Shown here in pieces: positions 50,737 to 64,000 of a DNA stretch of 64,000 bases. Position numbers and translations under genes: made by a program. Source of the stretch: Eledone cirrhosa (taxonomy: Eukaryota). The stretch spans positions 34,348,001 through 34,412,000 of the forward strand of contig OZ024746.1 of the NCBI GenBank assembly GCA_964016885.1, given 5' to 3'. Within the stretch, counting starts at the first letter, position 1. Every line of letters begins with the position of its first letter. The notes beneath the pieces were generated by a model that saw only the letters and a program-made list of their open reading frames with translations, was not told where the DNA came from and ran no database searches.

Positions 50737-53700
50737 TTTCTTTATTAGCCACAACGGCACAAAAGAAGGGGACAAATACAAATGGGGAGTTACATATAGG
50801 TATATGAAAATAAAACTATTAATAAAATAACAATTAACAATTGAAATCCCTAATAGAGGGAAGGCGTTACACAGGGGTTGTCCACACCCCGAAAAAATGT
50901 ACAACCCTCATCTCCAGGAGCACCAATAGTGAGTACTCCCTTCCTCACTTTCTCTTTTTCCTCAACCTACAGGCTTATATGGAGAGAAGGCCCAACCACT
51001 TGGGCCATCATTGCCACATTCACCCACCTTTTATAAAATTTGCTGGTGTACAGCACCTCTCTCTCCATCCTGATTCTTCTCCCAAAATGATATTAGAAAG
51101 AACGAATCAGTTGCTCGCCGGAGAGAAAGGTGTCTGACCTCAGGCTTTTTAACCTCGATCACCATATAACCTCTTTCACCATAGCCATAACACATAGGAA
51201 AACCACCTCTCCCTCATTTTTGAATGAGGGTGGCGATTCGATCATGACAATGGGTCGGTGGTCCTACCCGCGACAATAGTCGTTCTACATAGCCCCACAG
51301 GTCGGTAATGCCCGAGCAGTGTACAAATGCGTGCGCGACGAGGAAACTGGACATATCTTTTTCGAAGGGTCTCTACCCGGGCGTCCGTGTCTGTAGAGCT
51401 TGTCTCTAACTGGTAGAGCTCCACGATAGCACTGTCAGCGACAAGAGGCATGGGAAGGCTCGCCTCACGAACGGTGCCCAAACCGGTTGTCTGGTGAGAT
51501 ATAAGTGAAGGTGCCGCAGACTGAGCGCCTGTTTGCGCTTCGTAAGCCACAGCATCCCCAGCCCTCCGTTTGAAGGGGTTGGCAGCAGAAGTATCTTCTC
51601 ACCAAAGGAGCCGGTTTCTTGCAAAGGAATTGGAAGAGCGCGCGCTCCATTTTGGTTGGCTGGACAAGGCACGACGGTCAAGCGGTAGTAGGTGACGAAC
51701 GCTATAAATGTGTTCGCCACCTCCGCTCGACCTTTCAAGGATAGTTTGCATTCGGCCCACTTCTGGGTGAGCGCAAACACCTTGGCCGTCACCTCGTTCC
51801 AGTTCTTCTCCACCTGGAGGTCCGGACTGAACTAGACCCCGAGCAGCTTTACCTGTCCTTCCGCCCAGCGTCCGACGACGCCATCGGAAGGCATCGGTTT
51901 GCCTCTCCACGTTCCGAGTTACAAACCGATGGATCTGTCCCGGTTCAGATTCGCTCCTGTGAACCTTTCGTATTCCTCCATTAAGGTGCCGACCTCCCCG
52001 ATATGCGATGTGCTCGACACCATTACTGCAACGTCGTCGGCGTAGGCCGACGCCGCTTTTCGCAGTCCCGGTTCCAAAAGAATGCCCTGCAATAGCTCTA
52101 ACTTCCGCAGGAGTGGCTCAAGAGTCAGTACGTACAGAAGAGAGGAGAGAGGGCATCCCTGTCGGATGGATCGCGTGATATGGAACGGCTCCGAGAGGTA
52201 GCCGTTCACCTTGACCCTTGAGCAGATGTTGCTGCTGTGCATTGCAGCAATCCAGCCCCTGAACGCGGGTCCAGCGCCTGCCACATCGAGCACCGCATCC
52301 AGGTAACAATGGTCAACCCTCTCGATGGCCTTAGACTGATCCAAGTTGATCAGGGCCCCTCCGAAGCCAGGTTTGCACCCAACCCTCTCTATGATGTATC
52401 ACAGGAGGTGGAGGTTGTCGTGTATGAACCTGGTCGAGATTGCGCACGTCTGCGCTTCTCCCACCACGTTTTCGACGACAAGCGCCAGCCTCTTTTCCAA
52501 CACATTGGCCAAAATCTGTAACTTTGTGTTGCGCAGAGTTATGGGCCGGAAGTTGCCTATGTCATCCCCTTTATTCTCGTCCTTCCTGACTAGCGTGACT
52601 ACGCCCTTGGTCACAAAACTGGGAATTCTCCCGTTCTGCTGCCAGTTGCAGTAGACCGTTTCCAGGAGGTCGGAGAACAAGTAAAATTCGTAGGGTAGAC
52701 AGTCGAGACCTGGAGATTTGCGTTTGTCGTATAGGCACAGCGCGTCCCTTATCTCAGCTGCCGAAATCGGCCTTTCGCAGAACTTTGCCGGGCTATCCGA
52801 GAGTCGCGGTAGGCCACCGAGTTATGGACCGAAATCCATAGCCCCTCCCGGCGTACCGCCCTGATTGAACAGTTGAGCAAAGTGCCGCTGAAAGACCGTG
52901 CACATCTGCTCGGCTCACGTATCACGCGTCCGTCTTGGTCCTTCAAAGACCGAATTGTGGACTTGTTTTCACTTTTCGCCTCCGTCACTCGGGCCCACCT
53001 AACAGCTTTGGCTCCCTCGTTTCGCAGAGCACGTATTTTGCTTCATACATCGCAGCCTTCATCCTTTGCGTTGAAGAGCTGGTCCAAGGCCGTTCTTGTC
53101 TCTAGCACGCTGGCTACGTTGCCACTCCTAAGTGCCTCTTCTACTTTATCTACCAGTTGCTTTTCGGTCTTATTTATAAAACACTAATTCTTTACTAAAA
53201 CCTATCGAGTCTAATCTAACTGCCCTCTTGAGAGAGTACCACTATCTGTTGTTGACAATGGCCCCCGTAAAGTGCTGCTTAACTAAAGTGTTAATCCGTC
53301 TACTGTAGGCTTTGCATGTCGGTAACGACAAGTTCAGCTTCTAGTAGCCGGGTCACAGCCTATGGGTTTTATCAAGGTTGACTAACCAGGTCACTAATTT
53401 GCGATCTGAATAGGCAACCATGAACATTTGTGGACAGCTTAATTAGAACCCTATCTAGGTACGATCCAATTGTTCCGCTATGATTAGTCCACGTCCACAG
53501 TGGCACAGTCGGAAAATCTAGTCGATATCTATCGGCCAGGTCAAATCGGCCGATTAACTGTTTGAGGCTGTTACACCCCCCTCTATCGGGACACGCTCCC
53601 ACATAGTCCCAACATGCATCTAGGATTCCATTCCAGTCCCCCACTAACAGCAGGGAACGGGACGTTTCCAGAAAAGTCTCTAGACGTTTGAAGAAGTCTG

Positions 53701-54620
53701 GCCGCGGTGTCCCGGAAGGGGCATATTCGGCCACCAGCCTGAAGGCTCCACCTTCACTACCTTCAACGTCTAGGACCACCAGTCGACTCTCCGGGTCCAG
53801 ATATACCGTCTGTGTTACGCGGTCCAGGTGTTTCCCCAGCAAAACGGCAACCTCACCCCCACCTCCCGGCTGACAGAGAGATGCGTAGATCTCAAAGTCG
53901 TCGATGATGGGAACCAGTTGTTGCTCGCTGTGGATCCTGGACTCGCAATTGGATACTACATCCATACTGTGCGACCTGAGGTCGTTTTAGAGTTTGCCCT
54001 GTTTCCAGGGCATCCCCAGGCCGCGTACATTCACACATCCAACTCTTATATTGGCCATGTTGGGGCTGAAAAGTTAAAAGAAGAAGAAAAGAAATCACTC
54101 ACCTCTTCGTCTCCTGGGGACCAGGCTGCACAATTTCCATGCGGGTGTTGGATGGGTTGTTTGGTGGGGTCGTGGTCTCTGTCGGGGTGGGGACGGAGAT
54201 GTTTGGTGGGGAGGGGGTGACTTGTGGGGTGGGGATATCTGGGGTGGGAGTGACTGGGATGGGGGTGGGGAAACATTTCAAAAGGACGCGGTTATAATGT
54301 TTGACGCAGGGGTTACCTACGTCGTTAGGAAATTTTTCTTTTAACTTTATGTGTGTCCATGGAGATCCTAATCATTTTAAGATTAGAATCCTCCGAAGAG
54401 TGTGTACAAGTTTTCCCTTCGGAGGAGACCGAAGGGTTTTTATATATGGTGTTTGTCAAAGTTTTATTGTTAGTATTTATGTAGGTGTAACATTTTTGTT
54501 GCGTTGTGTTCCTTTTTTTCTGTGGTTCTTGTGTGTTTACGTTTTGTAGTAGGTGTTTTGTTTTCATGAGGGGGTGTTTTTGTTTGTGTTGTTTGCGTCA
54601 CTTGTGTTGGTGTTTGTGCG
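50737..54620 (-). mobile_element. Degenerate L1/Tx1-type LINE (APE endonuclease and RT)
   Basis: LLLVGDWNGILD, SYLDRVL (APE); NFRPITLRN, DQSKAIERVDH, RQGCPLSSLLYVL, AYADDV (RT); LSLKGRAEVAN, GGLGM; frameshifted; 5' end approximate. Confidence 0.9.
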
Positions 54621-54692
54621 TTTATTGCATTATAGATAGATAGAAATATATATATATAGTTAGAGACATAAAGAGATAGGGAGAGAGGTATA

Positions 54693-55000
54693 GCTATAAT
54701 TTGGGAGTGTCATGCTGCTGAGTAAAAGGAGTTGCAGCAGTTTATTGTTGAGTAATTAACCCACCTATCAGTTAGTGTATTCATCAGATTGGCAAGTGTC
54801 AAAGCTCTTTCATGAAATATCCTCTGCCTTTCTCAATGACTATTTTTCATCTTCTGCCCTATTTCTGTTCTCTTCTTGTTCTATCTAATCTATGTTATCA
54901 CTTTGTGATGTGTCTTGTCTGCACATCTCTGTGCCTTTGTGACTATGTGTATATGTGTGTAACTAAGTCCTGCTAATTTTACGAACCTCCGTTTTAGGCA
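54693..55000 (-). mobile_element. Old diverged copy of the 9341-family terminus
   Basis: TATAATTTGGGAGTGTCATGCTGC matches the family end; TGTCAAAGCTCTTTCATG...CAATGACT matches a decayed HHR. Confidence 0.5.
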
Positions 55001-57485
55001 TGTGTGTATTGGTGTCTGTGCGTGCATTTCTGTCTGTGTGTCGTCCTTTTTTCAAGAGCAATATGGAAAAAAATCATAGAAAACCATGTTACGGGTATAT
55101 GCTCCATGAGAATAAGAAGAAGTTAAATGAAACGTACTCTATGTAGTATTTAAATTCGGAATCTAAGCAGATTATACGTAAAATAAAGCTATTAAATTGT
55201 TGTGTTGGGGTTTATATGGTGTGCGAGTGAGTAGGTATTTAACGTATTATGTTTAGGAAATTCGTAGATATGTACTCGGTGACCTGTAAGTTAATTATCT
55301 GAGTAACTCAGATTATATTTCGTCTTCTCTTGAATATCGATTTTGTTGGGTGATGCCACATCCATTAAAACTCAATTCACCAGATAATATTTGTGAGTGA
55401 TGAGTTATTTCTTGAAACGTTGACTCACTCTCAAGATACTTTCCGAGGTATGATAACATTTTGAATAATTACGAATACGAAAAATTGACCTATTTGTAGC
55501 TATACAATTTTAATCCCTCAGACATTGTAGGAGCAGATATTGTCTCTCTTTAAATCTAATATTATGACTCGGAAGATGGCTATCATTAATCGATTAAACA
55601 ATAATCAGCACATAAAAAACAACCTCACATATTTCTTTCGTTTATTGCCTCGTTCCCTAAATAGTCGGATCATTAATGTTTTATGATATTCGCAATCCGT
55701 CAGACTTGACCAGTTTGGTGTTTTGGTGACTGAGGCAATTTCGGAGATGGTCAACTATCAACATTTGAACAATTCCAAACACTCATCTGCGTCATACCTC
55801 TTCATGCAAACATAATTTAGTACGGATCACCTAGTTTTTAGAGGGAATCATTAGTATTTGTTTCAATTATGATGTCTAGACCATTAATTGTGGTTAATTA
55901 CCTTCATTAATATACGTCATGCACCATATGCGTACACTTTGAGCACCTTGCTTGGACAGATTGCTAGTCTTGTGTAAAGGGTAAAGTGTAAAGATGTCCT
56001 TTGGTCATGAATGATCTTGGGATTTGACATAGAAATTTCCCACCCGAAACTTTGTACACACATATGTAGCTCATTATATTTAGGATAAGGTACATAATTT
56101 AAGCTTGAAAAGGCATTAATCTCCTTAGTGTTCCATTTCACAGTTCGTAAGCCGAAACAGAAATTGATGTAAATAAGAAATATAATTTAACAACTATCAA
56201 TTTTTGTAAAGCTACGAATGACGAAAAATTAATCATCAGAGAGAAATCTAATTTGTATATATATTTATACAGACAAAACACATTTATAATTTTCGGGGTC
56301 TGATAGCTAGTTGAAACTGTAAACAGCATGGCGTAAAGGAATTTCTCCAGAGTACCGCCTTATACAAATAGGACTCGACGTCGAATCGAATCCGATGTCA
56401 AGACATTGAGTGCTCTACCACTAAGGAAATTACCTTCCAGTGTTCTACCTCTATCTCTCTCTCTATATATATATCCGTATGATTGAAATGTAGAAATGCT
56501 GTAGTATGAAAGACAATTTACTAGTTACGTCTACCATCATTAATATGGTGTACATTTGACACTATATATACTGATGCGTTTACCATACATATATGGGTGC
56601 CCATTGGTTCGAGAGATCTTTTATCTAACTTCTGTACGTTCAATTTGGAGAGTTATAAACTTCTTGATATAACGGATAGCTTGCTGTATGGCAAGCAACA
56701 GAAAACAAAAATACCTATTTGTTAATAATGATGCCCAACCCTTTATTCAGCATGATTGTATGTATCTATGGACGGTGGGGGAGGGCACATATATATAGTT
56801 ATGCAGAAGCTGTGAATGGGAATTAAATATCATAAGCATGGCGTCACAAGGATGAATTTACAAGTATCCCTTGAATATATAATCGTGTTATTACATTAAT
56901 ACATTATTGCTTTCAATATTCCCTTTCTTTTATCCTTCCTCTATACTATTGAAGCCTAAATGAACTTCAAAGAAAACGTTTCCTTTTTATAGTCAGTAAC
57001 TATCATATAATGAAAATAATAAACGTAAATGGCAGAAAAATAATGCACTTAATCACCAATTCAGGTTCCTTTGCCGTATATCTCAAATAAGCTCTAACAC
57101 AGTACAGAATTACCCTCTGCACAAGTTACATTTCTAAATATGCTCGTGGTTTCATGTGACTAAGTGTTGATATGTATGCTTATATGTAATGTAACATGCA
57201 TATGTTTATATTGATATGTATATATAAGGATGTGTATTATTTTTTTTATCCGTATCAAAATATATAGGGCTTATGTTTTGGTATAATCGGATGTATTGTA
57301 TAAGTGTATGTCTTTGTTCCATAACAATATTTATAGATTAAAGTCTTCTTCTGATGCATAGCGCAGAATACACTGATCGACTTGACACTAACATTTTTAT
57401 TACCGTATTTATTCAACGTCACACACAATTACATGATTGCATCCATGCTAGAAGACATACTTAAAATATACATACACACACAATA

Positions 57486-57555
<70 letters not shown>

Positions 57556-58324
57556 AGTGTGTGTGTGTGTAATAGTGTGTGTTTGTGACTTTGTGTGTGT
57601 TTTTGCCTTTGTGTTCGTTGGGTGCTTGTTCTTGTGCATGTGTGTGTGTGGGGGTATGTAGGTATCGAATGATATACGATATGATAGCATAAAAAACATT
57701 TGAAAGCTGTTAGTATGAATTTTAAATGTGGTGACTGACGCCAACCACATTGTTCAAGCCGAATCCATGGGGAAGAAACCCCAAAGAACAGCTGTATCTG
57801 GCTGTTTGGACATTGTCAATGTTATGCATCCCTTCCTTGCCTCAATTAAGCTTAAACCATATAGACTTTACTCTTAAGTATATATGGACCTATTTACATA
57901 CGGAGCTTTAGGTTGGGTTGTCCTGAACGTGAAATAGCATTGCAATGTTCGTTCCAGCATAGCTGTGTACATGCATATATGTAAAGTTTGTAAATCTAAT
58001 AATATAGTATATGTTTACATATATAATTACCGTATATTATCATCAGACCCAATGATGTAGGCGAAACTTCAGAGTAACAAGATTCACTATTTAGCCTTAC
58101 TACAATGATTAGCTATATCTGTATGAGAAGGAAGTCTGTTTGCTTTAGGTTGAGGTTAATAACACTAAATATAATTGATAATAATTAAGTTTGTTCGTGT
58201 GTTTTCAACTAATCTAAACTCAATCAAGCTCGCTGTCGAATTATTTTCCGGAAACAGAACGGGATGGCGAGTTGATGGGGATTTACTGCTCTTTCTACCA
58301 CCCAGGTACTGTCTGTCCCTTCGT

Positions 58325-58456
<132 letters not shown>

Positions 58457-59310
58457 CGAGCGAAATACTACATCAACTCTTAGTCATTCCAACACCTCAT
58501 CTCTCCAACTAACTAAAAGGTAATGTGTGTGTCCCTGTAGTCAAACATCTAACTAAATCTTACTCATATATACGTATATGAGTTCTCTGTCTTACGTTTT
58601 TATTTTTATTTTTTTTACAAAACAATGTTTAAGGTTCCTTTAAATAATTGATTTTCGTTTTTTTCCTTTTCTTCTTTTTGTTCGTTTCGTTGTCCCATCA
58701 GTTAGCTTTCTAAGTTTACCATTAAAAATATGTGACGAACGTCTTATCTCTTCCCCCCACTTAAATTAAATGGTTTACATTTTTTTTTAACACGACATCG
58801 AACTTTCTTCTTTTTATTTTCTCTTCCTTTTCTTCTTTTCTATTTAAAATCCTAGAATTTCGTTCTTTAATAAGAACCACATTTAAACTGACGTCACATG
58901 AATTCTATGTGCACTTGTTATAGCTTAATCGTTATAAATGAATGTTTGTTCTTTCGTCTCTGAATTCATTGGACAGTCGCAGAGAACTCAGGTGTACAAG
59001 CAGTATCTTCGGTAGAAATCGAAACTACAAAAGTCGACCATAACTGCTGATGACACCGGAGGTTTATAAAAACAAAAGAAAAACAACAGTTCTTAAGGCT
59101 ACCCTCAAAGTATTATTCCTTTCATATCAACTATTCTATACTAACGTTTATTGTAATTGCCTATCTGCATTGCGCATCATTTTATTAATCTAATTCATGT
59201 ATTGGAATCAATGGTGAGGCAATCAACACCAATAACAGATCTATCACTAACGCCAAATCCACCAACATCATCACAAACAACGAGAAACTCTCCACCAACA
59301 CCATCATCAA

Positions 59311-59345
<35 letters not shown>

Positions 59346-59367
59346 TTACTACTACTATTAATACTAC

Positions 59368-59417
<50 letters not shown>

Positions 59418-59460
59418 ATACCACCACCAACAACAACATCAACAATAACAGCAATACTAC

Positions 59461-59491
<31 letters not shown>

Positions 59492-59772
59492 ATAATTGCA
59501 ACAAAAGTAAATAGAAAATAGATATAATAATGAAAATTCCATTGGAAATAACTGGTGTATTATAATTAATTCCTTAACAGCAACAGACTAAAAATGATAT
59601 TAGCTAATCACTTAATCCTAATTTGATCGAGAATCCTTATATCCGATAAGGATTATTTCAAGAAGTAAAAACATGCAAACGGCTTAGACACAGAGACACA
59701 CAAGTCTATACATATATATTCAGATGCATATCTCTCTATCTCACCCTCTCTCGCTCTCTATTTCTCTGTCCC

Positions 59773-60220
<448 letters not shown>

Positions 60221-60912
60221 TCTGTGTGACAGTGTTTGTATTTGTGGCGTGTGCGTGTGTGTGTGTATGAGAGAGAGTATGTGTGTCTGTTTATATGCAT
60301 AATATGTATGCCAGAAGATAAAAGTTGCCATGGTGTGACTTCCCGTATTAACTTTGGTGGATTAGCCCAGATTGTCTAATTGTGTGGAAACGCCCCGCAA
60401 AAACATCACAATATCGCTCTATTATTAATACAATCGTGCAGTAATTAATATGTTGGAATTACAGTGCCGTAGTGTTAGTTTTACATTAACAGTTACAATA
60501 TTGGGTAAGTATCTCTATACACGAATACAAATTTGCCTTGTATAATATTTATTCCTTGTACGTAAAACCACTACACGTCTGTCTCTGTATATTCTTAATA
60601 ACTATGTAAATACTATGCTATCGCAATCTACTTCTGTATCCATTTCTAAAATCCTGCTTGCCCACAAAGTTGACACCAAAATACATTGTCGCTTTATAAC
60701 GTAGGCTTCTCTCCGTGGATCTCATGCCTTCAATTATTATCTCCTCCAGAATATTTATTTCATTACTATAGTTTATACGCATGCATTTATGCATGCACAC
60801 ACATATGCACGCATAACTGATGTCGAAAATTAGCATGGTTAAACTAATAAAAATATTTTGACGTACCAAAACGGAGAAAGCAGGCTTTGCTAACATGAAT
60901 TTCTGATGCATG

Positions 60913-60981
<69 letters not shown>

Positions 60982-61027
60982 TGTATATAACATGCATAAG
61001 AATTCATCTTAGCAAAGCCTCCTTTCT

Positions 61028-61060
<33 letters not shown>

Positions 61061-61269
61061 ACTAGAAATTGATTGACATATATATATATATATAAAGTAA
61101 ACATATGAAACAATCACAGGGAATAATTTGGAAAGTGTGTAAGCACACACAGCTAGGTAGGTAACTAATTAAAATTTAACTAGAACTTCAAATATAGATA
61201 CCTTTGAGAACGATTAATCTCTTTGTATATATTTCATTAAATAAAGAAATATATGTCAACATTAATCGG

Positions 61270-62380
61270 TAAATCAAATGTTTAAAGGAGTTAGTATTGT
61301 TGGGTATGTACTTAATCGGTTCGCTAAATCCGCTATTTTGAAGGGCTTTATTATAGTAGGGGTGTGCCTTATTGAGAATAGCTTCTGAGGAAGAGAGGGT
61401 GGAGATCATACGGCTAATATACAGGGTAAGATTTTTAAAAACTATAGGAGGATGGCAAGAACCTTTATTTATATATTTTAAATTTTAATTAGGTTCATGG
61501 TATGGTTTATAAGAAGCAGTAGGCAGATCTAAGTTTATATCTAGAAAATTAACATTAGAAAAGTTAGTGTCAATGGTAATTTTAAGATTAAAACTAGCGA
61601 AGGTTTTTATTAAGTCTTTCCTGAATCTATCTAAGTTATGGCCTATAGTGGTATGGAAAAGTTTTAGACCATCGTCGCGATAAAGCCCAAAGGTATGGTT
61701 AGGGAATTTATCTTTAAGTGTGTGTAGGAGGAATAGGCCGACTAAATCACACACGTCAGCACTGTCAAAAGAACCGATTGAGACATCGAATGTGTTCTCT
61801 GGGTTAGTGTAAATAGTAAAGTGTTTCTAGCATGCAAAATGACATTCTCTTCAATATCAGAAATATTGATAAATTTTCTAGCGAAATTTACGGCTTTCGT
61901 TAAAAGAGGGTGAGTAATAGACGGGTAGAAGTCTACAATGTCAAATTGGGGGAATCTAGAACTATTTTTATCTTTAAAATTATTAAACCAATGTACTACG
62001 GAAGAGTAATTCAGACTTACTTCTAATATGTTTGTTTATATTATTTAATATTTTTTATGGCTAGCAAGACCTATTTCAATCTTAGCAGGGTTGATTAATC
62101 TACAACTAGCACGATTAATAAAATGAGGTTTGTGATCTTTGAAGGTGATATAACCATTACGTTATGCACATTTTTCTGTTCTATTGTCTATTTTTAAAAA
62201 ACTAGAAAATTATTTAGCTTGCTTATTTATTTTATTATAGGTGTTTATATTAGCTATTTGCAATTTAGAGGTGATGTTATCTGTTAAGAGTTGGTCATGT
62301 AAGTTATTATTAAGTTCGTATAAGTTTTTAGTTTTGTCAGAGAAAATGAACTTATTTTTAGAAGATTTGAATATTGTATA
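61270..62380 (-). pseudogene. Decayed PLE RT (same type as 31905-33969)
   Basis: [76 protein letters not shown]. Confidence 0.85.
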
Positions 62381-62419
62381 TATAAACATATATATATACA
62401 TATATGTATATATATATAC

Positions 62420-62496
<77 letters not shown>

Positions 62497-62497
<1 letters not shown>

Positions 62498-62638
62498 ATA
62501 TATACATATCACATTATATCCGGAAAAAAAGGGTTCGAAAAATGCACCCTCTATATATATATGTATATATATATATATATATATATACAGGGTGCATTTT
62601 TCGAACCCTGTTTTCCGTATATAACGTGATATGTATAG
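62497..62638. repeat. Inverted pair of ~50-bp Tc1/mariner-like termini around (TA)n
   Basis: ...GGGTTCGAAAAATGCACCCT-(TA)n-CAGGGTGCATTTTTCGAACCC... Confidence 0.5.
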
Positions 62639-62678
62639 AACGTATTCTAACGTCCAGAATTTGTTCACTATATATATA

Positions 62679-63403
62679 TTAATCGGTCATTCTCAGCCCC
62701 TCACTCATCGACACAGTCTCCATCTCCTGCATCAAATCGTCTGCTTCCTTCACTGTGTTTGTCACCGGAACTGTGTCTTGGGAATATTCAGCATCCGATA
62801 TCTTTTTCGTCTTAACTCTCCTGCTCTGAGCCGGTGTTACAGTAAAGTCAGAGTCCCGGTGTTTCTCCAGCGCAAGGCGCATATAATAGTCGGCTGCGAT
62901 AATAAAAAGGTAAGGAGCCAGTGTATCTCCCTGGGGCATTCCAGCCAGTATCTCAAAGAAATCTGTCATCTCATCACCTGTTATGACTTCGACTTTGGTG
63001 TTGGTGTAGAGCAGTGATATGAGTTCCACTGTCTTCTTGTTGCTTCCATAAGCCTATATGAACTTCATCAGACAGTGATGGTCCACAGAATCAAAGCCCT
63101 TCCGCAAGTCAATGAAAATCATAACTGCAGGAAGGCACCTTTCTCTAGCTCCCACTAATATCCTTCTCAGCATCAAGATGTGACTGGTCGTTGATCATCC
63201 CTCTCTGAAGCCGTTCTGGTGATCCCTGACCTTCTTCTCCATCTCGGGTTGGATCCTGGTAAGAAACACCCTGTTCAGGGTCTTTACCACAGGTTACGTC
63301 AGTGAGATGCCCCTGTAGTTGTTGGTGTTAGAGAGATCCCTCATCTATGGCACTGGGACGATGTTACTGATCCTCTACTGATTCGGGGTAACTCCTTTCT
63401 CTA
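62679..63403 (-). pseudogene. RTE-like LINE RT, N-terminal half (inverted)
   Basis: NNYRGISL, HQNGFREG, FIDLRKGFDSV, GMPQGDTLAPYLFII, ends at GLRM. Confidence 0.85.
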
Positions 63404-64000
63404 GAGATTAAGACGAAGTATCTGGTAGAATATATTAAGAAGCCAGAGAAGATTAATAATGCAGGCGGGAAGCCGCTAGAATTGGTTGAGAACTTGCTGT
63501 ATTTGGGAGCAAATATTGCGAACGCGGAAGTTGATGTGGTCGAGAGGAGGAAGAGTAAAGCCTGGGCGGCGTGCCACTACTTGAGATTGGTGTGGAATAT
63601 GGACCTTCGTAAAGACCTGTAGATCCGTCTTTTTCTTGCTGTAGTGGGGTCTGTGCTGCTGTACGGGCCTGAGACTTGGACACTAACCAAGAAACTCACT
63701 CAGATGGTGGATGGGTGCTACACGAGAATGCTGAGGATGGCTCTGAACATTAATCAGTATACACTGAGGATGAAAAACTCAGATCTGTACGGGAGCATCC
63801 CAAAAGTCAGCTCGAAAGTGGCACAAAGGAGACTGAGGTTAGCTGCACATGCTCACTGACATCTAGATTTGGCACTTCACTCAGTGCTCCTGTGGGAGCC
63901 CCTACATGGACACACTGGAAGAGAAAGACCACGGTTAATATTTGTTGATGTCCTAAGGACAGACACTTCTCTCTTCGAGACGCAGGACATGGCAGTGATA
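63404..64000 (+). pseudogene. RTE-like LINE RT, C-terminal half (runs to the window end)
   Basis: KTKY, LLYLGA, SVLLYGPETWTL, DGCYTRMLRMALN, RRLRLAAH, VLLWEP..GRERP. Confidence 0.85.

Noticed and set aside
56370-56430. tRNA-like A/B boxes on the minus strand; SINE heads as tRNA genes
   Set aside because: No cloverleaf; these are decayed SINE heads
59000-59065. CTGATGA-CACCGGAGGT pairing with upstream ATCTTCGGT-AGAAA
   Set aside because: No UH site or stem I in the right place
60493-60504. Candidate 12-nt microexon (ttaacag|TTACAATATTGG|gtaagt); another candidate exon near 43914-43955
   Set aside because: Splice-like motifs are common by chance in AT-rich DNA, and there is no supporting gene context or homology

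Overview
This is AT-rich, repeat-dominated eukaryotic DNA with very abundant (TA)n/(CA)n/(GA)n/(TAA)n microsatellites. The composition and SINE type suggest an invertebrate, plausibly a cephalopod (inference). No intact host gene, rRNA, tRNA or CRISPR was found. The window holds at least five Penelope-like retroelements (PLEs; RT plus C-terminal GIY-YIG), including a young 3.5-kb palindromic copy. It also has a head-to-tail cluster of five R4/Dong-type LINE copies in (TAA)n, three L1/Tx1 relics, an internally inverted RTE-type LINE, about eight copies of a tRNA-derived SINE, and a Helitron-like non-autonomous element. The main hidden signal, read directly from the sequence, is at least eight unrelated families of type I hammerhead ribozyme (HHR) motifs. 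Most have a short or palindromic stem III, are followed by an AATAAA-like motif, and sit at the ends of coding PLEs or of non-coding elements beside (TA)n. The most notable is a hairpin-rich ~313-324-bp retrozyme-like unit whose HHR core carries a compensatory C3U/G8A change, arranged as a PLE-style inverted tandem. All structures were identified by eye; no folding or database search was run.
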